64,000 bases of DNA from Pseudomonadota bacterium (GTDB lineage: Bacteria; Desulfobacterota; Binatia; Binatales; Binataceae). Made by a program: the position numbers and the translations under genes. Shown here in pieces: positions 18,268-28,042 of the stretch (its first letter is position 1; the number at the start of each line of letters is the position of its first letter). The stretch lies in the NCBI GenBank assembly GCA_021325025.1, contig JAJPHZ010000022.1:74646-138645 (forward strand), in the 5' to 3' direction. The notes under the pieces are model-generated. The model saw only the letters and a list, made by a program, of their open reading frames with translations, ran no database searches and had not been told where the DNA came from.

Positions 18268-19161
18268 ATGTTGCACACCGAACCCGGTTTGATGGTCTTG
18301 TTCGCAATCGCGCTGGTAGCCGCTGCGGTCAACGGCGCGCTCGGTTACGGCTTTTCGTCGATCACCGTGCCGGTTGCGTTGTTGTTCTTCTCCAACCGGC
18401 TGCTCTCTCCCGCGCTGGTGTTGATCGAACTGGCGGTCAATTCGTGGATCGTGTACCTCAATCGTGCCAGCCTTTCGGGCGCGCTGCGCCGGGCAATGCC
18501 GATTGTGCTCGGCCTGGTGCCCGGAGTTGTACTGGGCAGCGCGCTGCTCAGCGGGGTCGATCCGGGATGGCTGAAATTGTGCACCTACGCGGTCTTGCTG
18601 CCGTTCATACTGCTTCAGGCGGCAGGGTTTCGCCGGCCGATTCGATCCGAAGCGTTGGTCGCCGTCCCACTGGGCGTCGGGGTCGGAACGCTGTACGCGA
18701 CCACCACCATCTCGGGGCCGCCGCTGGCCTTGATGTTCAACAATCAAGGGCTGGACAAGGACCACTTTCGGGGCGCGCTTGGGATCGTGCGGGTCGCCGA
18801 AACGATGCTGACCGCGGCGGCCTATGGATGGTTGGGACTGTATAGTTCCGCCAGCCTCCGTTTGCTGATCTGGATTGTGCCGGCGGTGCTGATGGGGCTG
18901 CCGCTGGGCGCCTTCATCGTCGGGTACGTGCGGGTCGAAACCTTCCGGCGGGTCTGCATGAGTTTTGACGCGTGGATCGTCGGCTTCGGACTTGCGCGAA
19001 CCATCATCGAACTCAGGCTGCTCGCGCCCCATGCGGCATTCACTGTTTGGTACGCCGCGATCGGGCTCGATCTGTATCTGCTCTATCGCTACTTCCTTGT
19101 TGAGCGCGCGCTGAGCCGGCAGGCGAGGGATAATGAATACTGGCGAATCGCCAATTATTAG
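18268..19161 (+). CDS. TauE/SafE-family (DUF81) sulfite/sulfonate exporter-like membrane protein
   Basis: AGGAGA RBS. An internally duplicated 4+4 TM architecture with family-typical G-rich segments (GALGYGFSSITVPVALLFF ... ISGPPLALMF). Confidence 0.7.
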   Translation: MLHTEPGLMVLFAIALVAAAVNGALGYGFSSITVPVALLFFSNRLLSPALVLIELAVNSWIVYLNRASLSGALRRAMPIVLGLVPGVVLGSALLSGVDPGWLKLCTYAVLLPFILLQAAGFRRPIRSEALVAVPLGVGVGTLYATTTISGPPLALMFNNQGLDKDHFRGALGIVRVAETMLTAAAYGWLGLYSSASLRLLIWIVPAVLMGLPLGAFIVGYVRVETFRRVCMSFDAWIVGFGLARTIIELRLLAPHAAFTVWYAAIGLDLYLLYRYFLVERALSRQARDNEYWRIANY

Positions 19162-19259
19162 CTTGGTTTGCAATTCCCATTGCTGGGAACGATCCGAACC
19201 CGACGTTCTCTGATTTGAGAAAAGGCTTCTTGGTTTGAAGTGTTGCCAGCTTGCGCGCG

Positions 19260-19275
19260 AGGCATCCCATTTGCA
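19260..19275 (+). promoter_or_regulatory. Candidate sigma-54 (-24/-12) promoter upstream of the MMPL transporter
   Basis: aGGCATcccatTTGCA versus the consensus TGGCACG-N4-TTGCA. GG (19261-62) and GC (19273-74) are spaced exactly 12 nt apart, about 140 nt upstream of ATG 19415. An NtrC-type activator is encoded 4 kb downstream. Confidence 0.4.
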
Positions 19276-19414
19276 AGCCGCTGAGCGCTAGCACTCGCGA
19301 AGTTTTTCGATACTCCGCTTGGCTCGGCAAACCGGCAGCGCGCTTTTTCGCCCGGCCAGCCGGATGCTCGGTGTTTTGGTCCGAATCAGAATCTCACGGG
19401 AAGGCAGCGATCAG

Positions 19415-21856
19415 ATGGCGAGCAGAAAAAGGCTGGACATCGGACATATCGTGTTGCGCTACCGGCTGGCGATTGGGCTGATACTTGTACTGGCCACGGC
19501 CTTTATGGCGTACGAGGCCTCGCGGGTCAAAATCGGCACGCGCTTCGTCGATTTCTTTCCGCAAAGCGCGCACAACGTGGAACTCTACCGCCGCTTCCAC
19601 CGCTACGGCGGAGCACAGACGCTGGCGGTGATGGTCCACGTCAAGCGCGGCGACATCTTCAACTACGCGACCCTGAAAAAAATTCAGGACATCAACTCCG
19701 CGGTCGACCGGCTGCCCGGGGTCAACCATCAGGAAGTCTTTTCGCTGGCCTCCTATCGGGTTGCGTATGCTGAGGCGGTGGCGGGCGGGCTGGATACCAA
19801 GCCTTACATGTATCCCAACGTTCCGGACACGCCGGCCGGCATCAACGCCCTGAAAGTCCATGTTTTCGCCCATCGCGATCAGCTCGCCAACCTGATCAGT
19901 CCGGATTACAAGAGCACGCTGGTCACCGCGTCGTTTAACGAGGAAGGGCTGGACTACAAGACGCTGTTCGATGGTATCGAAGACATCGTACACAACTACC
20001 AAGATCCCAACACGGTGATTTACGTGGCGGGCGAACCGGTGGTGCGGGGCTACGGCTACCATTACTTCCCCGTGATCGTAGCCATCTTCTTCGCCGCGAT
20101 CTTTCTCATGATCATCACCCTGTACTGGAATTTGGGTGATTACAGTTCGTGGTGGGCGCCGATTGTCACCGGCACCTGCTCGGCGCTGTGGGGCCTGGGG
20201 TTCGTCGGCCTGATGGGTTACAACTTCGACCCGCTGATGCTGGTGGTGCCCTTCATCCTGACCGCGCGCGACATGAGCCACGGCATCCAGTGGCAGCGCC
20301 GCTACTACTACATGCTCGGCCGGACCCACCATCGGCGCATCGCCTGCATTGCCACCACCAACTTCATGCTGCCCGCCGGGCTGTTGGCGATCCTGGCCGA
20401 TATCGCCGGCATCGTCTTCATCTCCTTCTCCGGCATCACCGTGCTGGACGACATCGCGCGCGCCGGCACGGTATGGCTGGCCGCCAGCCTGCTGATGGTA
20501 TTCATCTTCCAGCCCATCATGATGAGTTACCTGCCGCGGCCCAAGCAGAAGGTTCGCGCCGAGGGCCAGGGGCTGTTCGCGCGCGTACTGTGGCCGGCGG
20601 CGCAGTGGCTGTGCCGGATGCCGGTTACGCCCGGACCGGCCCGGACCGGACTGCTGCTGGGCTCGCTGGTCTTCCTGCTGGCCGGGGTCTTTTCAGGCGT
20701 GCACGCCCAGGTCGGTTACACCCATCCCGGCACGCCCCTGTATCGGCCGGGGTCCAAGGTCAATCGCGACATAGCGGCCATTTCAAAATATTTTCCCACC
20801 GACGAGGGATGGGTGGTTGTGAGCACGCCGGCCTATCCCGATGCGCAGTCGGTGCTGGGTCCGGCCACGCTGCGGATGGCGGATGACATGCGCGCTTACC
20901 TGTTGCGCGATCCGCGGGTGCGCCAGGTCGTCACTTTTGCCTCCAACGTGATTCGCCCCTTCAACCAGATGTTTCACTACGGCCATCCCAAACTGTACGC
21001 AATTCCGCAAAACACCCAGATTGCCGGCAACCTGTGGTATCTGTTTTTGGGCGGCACCGCGCCGGGCGAGATGGAGCATTACATTTCCAGCACCGCCGCC
21101 AATGACACCTGCATCCGCGTGCTGCTCTCCAACCATACCTATCGCACGCTGGACGACATCCAGGCCAAGCTGGCCGACTTCGTCAAAACTCATGTGGCAG
21201 CCAATCCCGGACTTTCCAAGGTCCACGTGCTCTACATGGGCGGCATCGCCGGCCTGTATGCGGCCGCCAACCAGGTGCTGTTCAACCTCGATTTCTACAA
21301 CATCAGCTTCGTGCTGGCGTGCGTTTTTATCTTTTGCGTGGTTGCGTTTCGGTCGCTGGTCGGCGGCATCCTGTTCGTCTTCGCCTGTGTGCTGGCCAAC
21401 TTCGGCGCCTTCATCTACCTGCGTTTGCGCCAGATCGGACTTACGATCGACACGGTGCCGGTGATTTGGCTGGGCATCGGCCTGGGTGTCGACTACGGAA
21501 TATATACCGTTTCGCGAATCTGGGATGAGGTGAAGGGCGGGATGAAGCTTGAGGAAGCGATACCACTGGCGATCTCGAGCACCGGCGGCGCGGTATTCAT
21601 GGTGATGTGCGTAATGATCGGCGGCATCATCCCCTGGGCGTTTTCGCCCGCCCTCTTCCATAACAACATGAGTGTGCTACTCGCCGTGCTGATGTTCCTC
21701 AACGCGGTGGCCGGCGTATTCGTGCTGCCCTCGTTCATCGCCTGGTCGAGGTCCGGATTTATCACCCGCTTTGAACGCGCGGCCGCGCCCGGACCGGTGC
21801 AGGGGGCGGAAGCGCAAGCGCTGGGCGCCCTGGGCCGCGCACATCGCGCAGGCTGA
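19415..21856 (+). CDS. MMPL/RND-superfamily (HAE3/HpnN-like) transporter
   Basis: About 810 aa with two TM bundles (each an N-terminal TM helix then a large periplasmic loop then five TM helices). The MMPL-like conserved region is GYNFDPLMLVVPFILTARDMSHGI. Confidence 0.7.
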   Translation: MASRKRLDIGHIVLRYRLAIGLILVLATAFMAYEASRVKIGTRFVDFFPQSAHNVELYRRFHRYGGAQTLAVMVHVKRGDIFNYATLKKIQDINSAVDRLPGVNHQEVFSLASYRVAYAEAVAGGLDTKPYMYPNVPDTPAGINALKVHVFAHRDQLANLISPDYKSTLVTASFNEEGLDYKTLFDGIEDIVHNYQDPNTVIYVAGEPVVRGYGYHYFPVIVAIFFAAIFLMIITLYWNLGDYSSWWAPIVTGTCSALWGLGFVGLMGYNFDPLMLVVPFILTARDMSHGIQWQRRYYYMLGRTHHRRIACIATTNFMLPAGLLAILADIAGIVFISFSGITVLDDIARAGTVWLAASLLMVFIFQPIMMSYLPRPKQKVRAEGQGLFARVLWPAAQWLCRMPVTPGPARTGLLLGSLVFLLAGVFSGVHAQVGYTHPGTPLYRPGSKVNRDIAAISKYFPTDEGWVVVSTPAYPDAQSVLGPATLRMADDMRAYLLRDPRVRQVVTFASNVIRPFNQMFHYGHPKLYAIPQNTQIAGNLWYLFLGGTAPGEMEHYISSTAANDTCIRVLLSNHTYRTLDDIQAKLADFVKTHVAANPGLSKVHVLYMGGIAGLYAAANQVLFNLDFYNISFVLACVFIFCVVAFRSLVGGILFVFACVLANFGAFIYLRLRQIGLTIDTVPVIWLGIGLGVDYGIYTVSRIWDEVKGGMKLEEAIPLAISSTGGAVFMVMCVMIGGIIPWAFSPALFHNNMSVLLAVLMFLNAVAGVFVLPSFIAWSRSGFITRFERAAAPGPVQGAEAQALGALGRAHRAG

Positions 21857-22243
21857 CACGATGCGCGCAACCGCCGCGAATCCCAACTGTGCCGCAGTCA
21901 GGCCGGCGTGCGACCGCGGCGTGCGATCGATATAGTGTAAGAAGGGCGTCCTCGGCTGGTGGCGGACCAACGGATTTCGTTGGCTGATAATTAGCGCCAC
22001 TGCCTGAACAACAGCCGCCTCTCTCGACCTTCCCTGCTTGAGGTGGCGAAATGAGGGAGCCGGCGGCGGCGTAGACATTGCTTAAGCGGCCGGTTGTGGC
22101 CGACGGCGCCTTGGCCAGGGGTGAAGACGACGTCTAATGGAAATCGGCGCGGCGCGGGGAAGATCGAACCCGGGCCGTCACACGGGCGCAACACCCGCAG
22201 CGCCCGAGCGCCCGAGTTGGACCGCGATTTCGCGCGGCTGCTG

Positions 22244-23347
22244 ATGAGCACCGCGCAGGTCATCATCAAGATCCTGGATCCGCACGGCAGGATCCTGCGC
22301 TTCAATCCCTTCACCGAAGAGCTCTCCGGCTACCGGCTGGAGGAGATGCGCGGGCGTGACTGGTTTACCGCATTTCTGCCCGCTCACGAGCGCGAGCGCA
22401 TGCAGCAGTTGTTCGCGCGCTGCCTCAGAGGACAGGCGGTGGGGGCGTTCACGGGCACGATGCTGACCCGCACTGGTGTGGCGCGCGCAATCGACTGGCG
22501 CGCCACCGCCGTGGCGGACCGCGGCGGCGTGGCGGCGGGTGTGCTGCTCATCGGCAAGGATATCACGCAGCGCGTGCAGGCCGAGCGCGAACTGTACGAA
22601 CTCAACAAGATTGCCCAGCAGCGCGAGCGGCTGGCCGACGTCGGCGCCATCGCGGCCCAGATCGTGCACGACGTCGGCAACCCGCTGGCGGCCTTGTCGA
22701 TGCAGGCTCAGCTCATCCGCCGCCGCGCCCGCGAACATCCTGAGCAGCCGGTGGGGGCGGTGCTCAAGTCGGCGGAGCAGATGGTGTTGGAGCTGCGCCG
22801 CCTGGAGTCGCTGATTCGGGAGTTCATGAATTTCGCCCGCGAGCAGCGCCTGCATTTGCGCACCATCGACCTGGCGCGCTTTTTAACCGAAGTTGCCGCG
22901 TTGTGGCAGCAGGTCGCCTTCGCGCGGCGTATCGATCTGACCTTTGACAGCCCCGGACTGGCGCTGAGCGTGCGCGCCGACGAGGAGAAAATCCATCGCG
23001 TGCTGGACAACCTGATCAAGAACGCGGTGGAGGCGATCGGCGAGGGGCCGGGCCGCATCGGTATCAGCGCTCGCCCCTGTTCCGGGGGCCGGATCAGAAT
23101 TTCCGTGACCGACAGCGGTCCCGGCATCCCCAAGGATGTCGAGGTATTCCGCCTGTTTGAAAGCACCAAGGCGGACGGCTCGGGCCTGGGGTTGGCGGTT
23201 GCCCGACAGATTGTATTGGCCCACGGCGGTTCGATCTTCTTTGAGCCGGCCAGCCCTTGCGGCACCGTCTTCCATATCGAGCTGCCGATGGAGGGGCCCG
23301 CCGCGGCCAACGCCGCTGCGCCATTGCCTGCGGTGACCAACTCATGA
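22244..23347 (+). CDS. PAS-domain sensor histidine kinase
   Basis: PAS-like N-terminus. An H-box-like segment with the candidate phospho-His lies in IAAQIVHDVGNPLAAL. HATPase_c N/G boxes are present (DNLIKNAVEA; DSGPGIP; GSGLGLAV). Confidence 0.8.
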   Translation: MSTAQVIIKILDPHGRILRFNPFTEELSGYRLEEMRGRDWFTAFLPAHERERMQQLFARCLRGQAVGAFTGTMLTRTGVARAIDWRATAVADRGGVAAGVLLIGKDITQRVQAERELYELNKIAQQRERLADVGAIAAQIVHDVGNPLAALSMQAQLIRRRAREHPEQPVGAVLKSAEQMVLELRRLESLIREFMNFAREQRLHLRTIDLARFLTEVAALWQQVAFARRIDLTFDSPGLALSVRADEEKIHRVLDNLIKNAVEAIGEGPGRIGISARPCSGGRIRISVTDSGPGIPKDVEVFRLFESTKADGSGLGLAVARQIVLAHGGSIFFEPASPCGTVFHIELPMEGPAAANAAAPLPAVTNS

Positions 23348-24720
23348 ACCAGCCTCACGGCGTTTCCGGACGCATCCTGATCGCGGACGATGAGGCGTCG
23401 ATCCGCGACGGTCTGGTCGACGTGCTTACCGACGAGGGCTACGACGTGGCCGGCGCCGCCGACGGCGCGGCGGCGATCGCGGCCATCGAGCAATGCAGCT
23501 ACGACGTCGTGGTCACGGACCTGCGCATGCCCGGGGTCGACGGGCTGGAGGTGTTGCGCCGGGTACGCGAGCTGTCACCGCAGACCCTGGTGCTGCTGAT
23601 CACCGCCTATGCGTCGGTGGAAACCGCGGTCGAGGCGCTGCGCAACGGCGCCCACGACTACATCCTCAAGCCGCTGATCGTCGAGGACGTGCTCAGCAAA
23701 ATCCATCGCCTGCTCGAATACCGGCGCCTGGCGTGGGAAACCCAGATGCTGCGCCGCGAGATCGCCTCGCGCTACGACCTGGAGCAGATGGTGATCCGGT
23801 CGCCCGCGATGCGCGAGATCTTCGCGGTGATTCAAAAGGTCGGTCCGACCAACAGTACCGTGCTGATCACCGGTGAAAGCGGGGTGGGCAAGGAGGTGGT
23901 GGCGCGCGCGCTGCACGCCTTCAGCAGCCGGCGCGACAAGCTGTTTCTGCCGGTCAACTGCGGTGCGATCCCGGAAAATCTGCTGGAGAGCGAACTCTTC
24001 GGCCATGCTCGCGGCGCGTTCACCGGCGCCGCCGCGTCGCACGAGGGGCTGTTTCAACGCGCCCGCGGCGGCACCATCTTCCTCGACGAAATCGGCGATC
24101 TGCCCGCCACCGTGCAGGTCAAACTGTTGCGGGCAATCGAGACCCGGGAAATCCTGGCGCTCGGCACCAACACGCCGGTGATGACCGACGTGCGGATTAT
24201 CGACGCCACCAATCGCAATCTGCAGCAGGCCGTCAGCGAGGGGAAATTTCGCGAGGATCTGTTCTACCGTCTCAACGTGGTCGGCATCGAGGTGCCACCC
24301 TTGCGCCATCAGCGCGAGGCGATTCCCGCCCTGGTCGAATATTTAATCCGGCGTCACAACGCGGAACTGAAGAAGAGCTACCGGGGCGTCGACAATGCCA
24401 CGATGCGCATCCTGATCGCGCACTCATGGCCGGGAAATATTCGCGAGCTGGACAACGTCATCGAGCGCGCGATGATTCTGGGCAACGGCGAGTGGATCAC
24501 GCCCGCCGACCTGCCGCCCGCAATCCGCCAGGATGCCGAAAGCCTGCCGGTGGTGGCCGACAATCTCAAGGAAGCGATCCACGCCTACGAGAAAATCCAT
24601 ATCGAGAATGTCCTGCGCCGCGTCAGCGGGGACAAGCGCAAGGCCGCCGCGCTGCTTGGCCTGGGACTTTCTTCGCTCTACCGCAAGATCGAAGAACTCG
24701 AAATCAAGAACAGTTCCTGA
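23344..24720 (+). CDS. Sigma-54-dependent response regulator (NtrC family: REC + AAA+ sigma-54 activator + HTH)
   Basis: REC domain (ILIADDEASIRD...DVVVTDLRMPG), Walker A GESGVGKE, the GAFTGA motif (sigma-54 contact) and a C-terminal Fis-type HTH. The start is ATG 23344 (MNQPH...); the ATGA start/stop overlaps the kinase gene. Confidence 0.9.
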   Translation: MNQPHGVSGRILIADDEASIRDGLVDVLTDEGYDVAGAADGAAAIAAIEQCSYDVVVTDLRMPGVDGLEVLRRVRELSPQTLVLLITAYASVETAVEALRNGAHDYILKPLIVEDVLSKIHRLLEYRRLAWETQMLRREIASRYDLEQMVIRSPAMREIFAVIQKVGPTNSTVLITGESGVGKEVVARALHAFSSRRDKLFLPVNCGAIPENLLESELFGHARGAFTGAAASHEGLFQRARGGTIFLDEIGDLPATVQVKLLRAIETREILALGTNTPVMTDVRIIDATNRNLQQAVSEGKFREDLFYRLNVVGIEVPPLRHQREAIPALVEYLIRRHNAELKKSYRGVDNATMRILIAHSWPGNIRELDNVIERAMILGNGEWITPADLPPAIRQDAESLPVVADNLKEAIHAYEKIHIENVLRRVSGDKRKAAALLGLGLSSLYRKIEELEIKNSS

Positions 24721-24914
24721 CCGTCAATTCCTTTCGCACGAAGACCGTCGTGAATGAGGGCGGCTCCCCGTTTCCCGCCGCCAGTGGCAGTCGGCTCGGC
24801 TCCGACCCATGCCGACTTCTTGATGCTGCGCATCGATTAGGTGGCGCGAGCCAAAAAACGTTCGCGCGTCATGGCCGGCACGCTGGCCCGCCCACTCATC
24901 TTCTTATTCGGAAC

Positions 24915-25943
24915 TTAATAGCAGTGGGTGCGGTCGATCTGATTGATCAATTCGCGGCCCTCCAGCAAACGGCGCAGATTCTCCGCAATCAGTTCACAGC
25001 CCACGTCGTAATACGTCTTGCGCGCACCCGAGCAGTGCGGGGTCAGGATTACGTTTTCCATGTCCCACAGCTCGCTTTCGGGGTTGAGCGGCTCAGGATC
25101 GGTTACATCGAGACCCGCGCCACAAAGCCGCCCGTCCTTGAGCGCCTCGATCATCGCTTCCTGATCGATAATCGGACCGCGTCCGACATTGACCAGGTAT
25201 GCGCCGCGCTTGACCGCCTCGAACTCGCGCCGGCCCAAAAAGTGATGCGTGTCGGGAGTCAGCGGCAGGCTGACCACCACATAGTCGCTTTGCGCCAGCA
25301 GTTCGGCGCGGCTTTCCGGACCGTACCATCGGCTCGGGATAACGCCTTGCGGGTCGCCGATGCCGGGACGGATCCAACTCGTATCGGCGCGATGGCTTGG
25401 ATTGCGCTTGAGCGCCAGCACCTCCATGTTGTGTGCCTGGCATAGCCGTGCGGTCTCCCGCCCGATCGATCCGTAGCCAAGGATTCCCACGGTCTTGCCG
25501 CGCAATCCATCGACTCCCATCATGAACTGACCGAAGCCGAGCCATTCGCGGCGCCGCTGCGCCGCCATCGTGACGTGAAACCGATGGGTGAACAGCAGCA
25601 TCGAGGCAAGCACATACTCCGCGATCCAGGTTGCGGAAACGTCGCTGGCGTTGGTCAGGATGATGCGGTCCTGCGCGAGCAGGTCGGTGAGTTTCAAATG
25701 GTCGATGCCGGCGCCCATAAACTGAATCCACCTGAGCCGGGGCGCGAACTCGAGCAGGCCCGCACGCGCGCGATGCCCAATCAGCACGTCGGCGTCCTTG
25801 ACCAGCGGGTCGAGCACGTCGTGGTCCCACACCACGGGGCTGCGTGGGCGTTGCCCAGGACAGACAATCTCCGCGTCCGGACACGCCGCCTTGATCAGGG
25901 CTTTCTGGTGTTCGCTAAGCATCAAAGCCGAGGCGATTTTCAT
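24915..25943 (-). CDS. D-isomer-specific 2-hydroxyacid dehydrogenase family NAD-binding oxidoreductase
   Basis: NAD-binding fold GKTVGILGYGSIGRETARL. The catalytic region has RGPIIDQEAMIEAL and LDVTDPEP...HCSG. Confidence 0.8.
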   Translation of the reverse strand: MKIASALMLSEHQKALIKAACPDAEIVCPGQRPRSPVVWDHDVLDPLVKDADVLIGHRARAGLLEFAPRLRWIQFMGAGIDHLKLTDLLAQDRIILTNASDVSATWIAEYVLASMLLFTHRFHVTMAAQRRREWLGFGQFMMGVDGLRGKTVGILGYGSIGRETARLCQAHNMEVLALKRNPSHRADTSWIRPGIGDPQGVIPSRWYGPESRAELLAQSDYVVVSLPLTPDTHHFLGRREFEAVKRGAYLVNVGRGPIIDQEAMIEALKDGRLCGAGLDVTDPEPLNPESELWDMENVILTPHCSGARKTYYDVGCELIAENLRRLLEGRELINQIDRTHCY

Positions 25944-26069
25944 AGGGACTACCAATATCCAAAAGCGCAGCGGGCTGAAAAGCCTGGTTTGAGGACAGCC
26001 CACTGGCCGTAAATGCTGCGGCGGTGATACAAGATAAACTTCGCACTAATCCCACCGGGGAGGACAAGG

Positions 26070-26780
26070 GTGGCGGAAACTTTCGTACTGGTTCATGGAG
26101 GGAGCCTGGGCGCATGGAGCTGGGCCGCGGTTGTTGCGCAACTGCAAAAGCTCGGGCATCGGGCGATGGCGGTGGACCTGCCCGGGCGCGGCGAAAATCC
26201 CTACGACCTGGACAAGCTTACGCTGGCGGTGCACGTCGATTGTGTTGCCCGCTACATCGAGGAGCGCGACCTGCGCGAGGTGGTGATGGTCGGGCACAGC
26301 ATGGCCGGGATCATCATGCCCGGCGTGGCGGTGCGCATGCCGCATCGCATCAAGCGCTTGATCTTTGTCTCGGCGCTGATCATGCGCGACGGCGAATCGC
26401 CGATGGAAGTGTTCCGCCGCGGCGGGCTGCGCCAGGGCGAGGTGCGCTCGCGCGAGTCGATGGCCGAGCGCTTTCGCCGCCATCAGCTCAACGACGCCTC
26501 GCGCGACTTGCAGGATTTCGTGATGGCCGCGATCGTGCCCGACCAGATGGCAGTGCTGTCCGAGCCCGTCCCGATGAAGGACTTTTACGCGCTCGACCTG
26601 CCCACCAGCGTTATCGTCCTGGAAGACGACATCGCGATCCATCCGCTGCGCTTCCATCCGATGTTCACCGAGCGGCTGCGCAACCCGACCATCCGCTCGA
26701 TCAAAAGCGGCCACGGGGTGATGTTCACCAAACCGGTGGAATGTGCCCGCGCGATCGTGGAACTGACCGCGCAATCGTGA
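26070..26780 (+). CDS. Alpha/beta-hydrolase fold esterase (methylesterase/SABP2-like)
   Basis: GGGGAGGA RBS then GTG start. Opens FVLVHGGSLGAWSW, with a nucleophile elbow GHSMAG. Confidence 0.65.
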   Translation: MAETFVLVHGGSLGAWSWAAVVAQLQKLGHRAMAVDLPGRGENPYDLDKLTLAVHVDCVARYIEERDLREVVMVGHSMAGIIMPGVAVRMPHRIKRLIFVSALIMRDGESPMEVFRRGGLRQGEVRSRESMAERFRRHQLNDASRDLQDFVMAAIVPDQMAVLSEPVPMKDFYALDLPTSVIVLEDDIAIHPLRFHPMFTERLRNPTIRSIKSGHGVMFTKPVECARAIVELTAQS

Positions 26781-26914
26781 GCAAGGCGCGGCCGCCGGCC
26801 GCAGGCACCGGTCGCCGTGGCCAAAAGAAGGTATCGATTTCCGTGTTCCGGCTCTAGCCATCCGCTCGCTGCCGCTTCAGACGTGCTACAACCGGACCAC
26901 GCAGGAGCAGCATC

Positions 26915-28030
26915 ATGGTTCACTACAGGAAGGGGCGCGTGCCCAGGCAGGCCCATGTGGCGATTCCCGAGGGACTGTTCGAGGAGGAGCATGGCCGGCG
27001 CGGCTTTCACGGCAACGTCAGCCAGCTCTACCATCTGCATCCGCCCACCGAATGGCTTCGTATCGAGGGGCCGATCAGGCCGCGCACCGTCCGCACGCAT
27101 CAACTGGAGCCCGATGACCTGACCGACGCGCGAGGCCTGCCGATGCCGGTCTTTCACAACGACGACCTAGTCATCTCGGTGTCGCGCCGCGGCGCGCCGA
27201 TGCCGTTTTGTTTTCGCAATGGCGACGGCGACGAACTGCATTTCATCCACAAGGGCAGGGGACTCATCCGCACCGATTACGGCCCGCTGCGCTACGAAGA
27301 GGGTGACTACCTGCTGATTCCCAAGGGCACGACCTACCAGCTCATCCCCGACGGCGCCGACAACCTGAGTCTCGTCGTTCAGGCGCGCGGCGAAATCGGT
27401 TTTCCCGAGCGCGGCAACATCGGCCATTATGCGCCGTTTGACTACGGCGTGATCGAAACACCGGAGCCGGAAGCGGTCGCCGGGGACGGCCGCGAATGGG
27501 AACTGTGCATCAAGCGCCGCGGTCAGCTAAGCTCGGTATTCTACGCCTTCTGTCCGTTGGACGTGGTCGGATGGAAGGGCAACCTGACCGTGCTCAAGCT
27601 CAACCTCCGCGACATCCGGCCGCTGATGAGCGAGGGCGTGCATCTGCCGCCCAGTGCCCATTGCAACTTCCAGGCGCCGGGCTTTGCGGTGTGCACGTTC
27701 CTGCCGCGTCCGCTGGAAGGCGATCCAAAGGCGGAGCGCGTACCGTGGTACCATCGCAACATCGATTACGATGAGGTGTTCTTCATCCACGCCGGTCACT
27801 TCTCCTTCACCGGCGAGCCGTCGGGCCCGACGCCCGGAATGATGTTTCTCAATCCGCAGGGGTTGCATCACGGACCCAGCCGCAAGGAGTTGGAGACGGC
27901 GCGCGCCAACTGGCGCAAGGACGCACGGCTTGAACTGAGCGCGGTAAACATCGATTGCGAAAAACCGCTGGAGATGTCGCCCCAGGCGCAAGCCGCACTG
28001 GCGCGGGCGCGCAGGGTGCGCGAGCAATGA
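26915..28030 (+). CDS. Homogentisate 1,2-dioxygenase-like cupin-family protein (short bacterial type)
   Basis: 371 aa. The segments WYHRNIDYDEVFFIH and GDYLLIPKGTTYQL look HGD-like. Assigned by family resemblance only. Confidence 0.4.
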   Translation: MVHYRKGRVPRQAHVAIPEGLFEEEHGRRGFHGNVSQLYHLHPPTEWLRIEGPIRPRTVRTHQLEPDDLTDARGLPMPVFHNDDLVISVSRRGAPMPFCFRNGDGDELHFIHKGRGLIRTDYGPLRYEEGDYLLIPKGTTYQLIPDGADNLSLVVQARGEIGFPERGNIGHYAPFDYGVIETPEPEAVAGDGREWELCIKRRGQLSSVFYAFCPLDVVGWKGNLTVLKLNLRDIRPLMSEGVHLPPSAHCNFQAPGFAVCTFLPRPLEGDPKAERVPWYHRNIDYDEVFFIHAGHFSFTGEPSGPTPGMMFLNPQGLHHGPSRKELETARANWRKDARLELSAVNIDCEKPLEMSPQAQAALARARRVREQ

Positions 28031-28042
28031 GAGGAGCGGACG

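Noticed and set aside
21981-21996. Weak sigma-54-like site TGGCTGataatTAGCG upstream of the histidine kinase
   Set aside because: The -12 element is poor (TAGCG vs TTGCA) and it lies about 250 nt from the start. It is not distinguishable from chance in a 64-kb scan.
24721-24914. Intrinsic terminator between the convergent NtrC-type regulator and dehydrogenase genes
   Set aside because: Hairpins are present (GGGCGG...CCCGCC; CCCACT...AGTGGG with a 26-nt loop) but none is followed by a U-tract and the loops are large. Not confidently a terminator.
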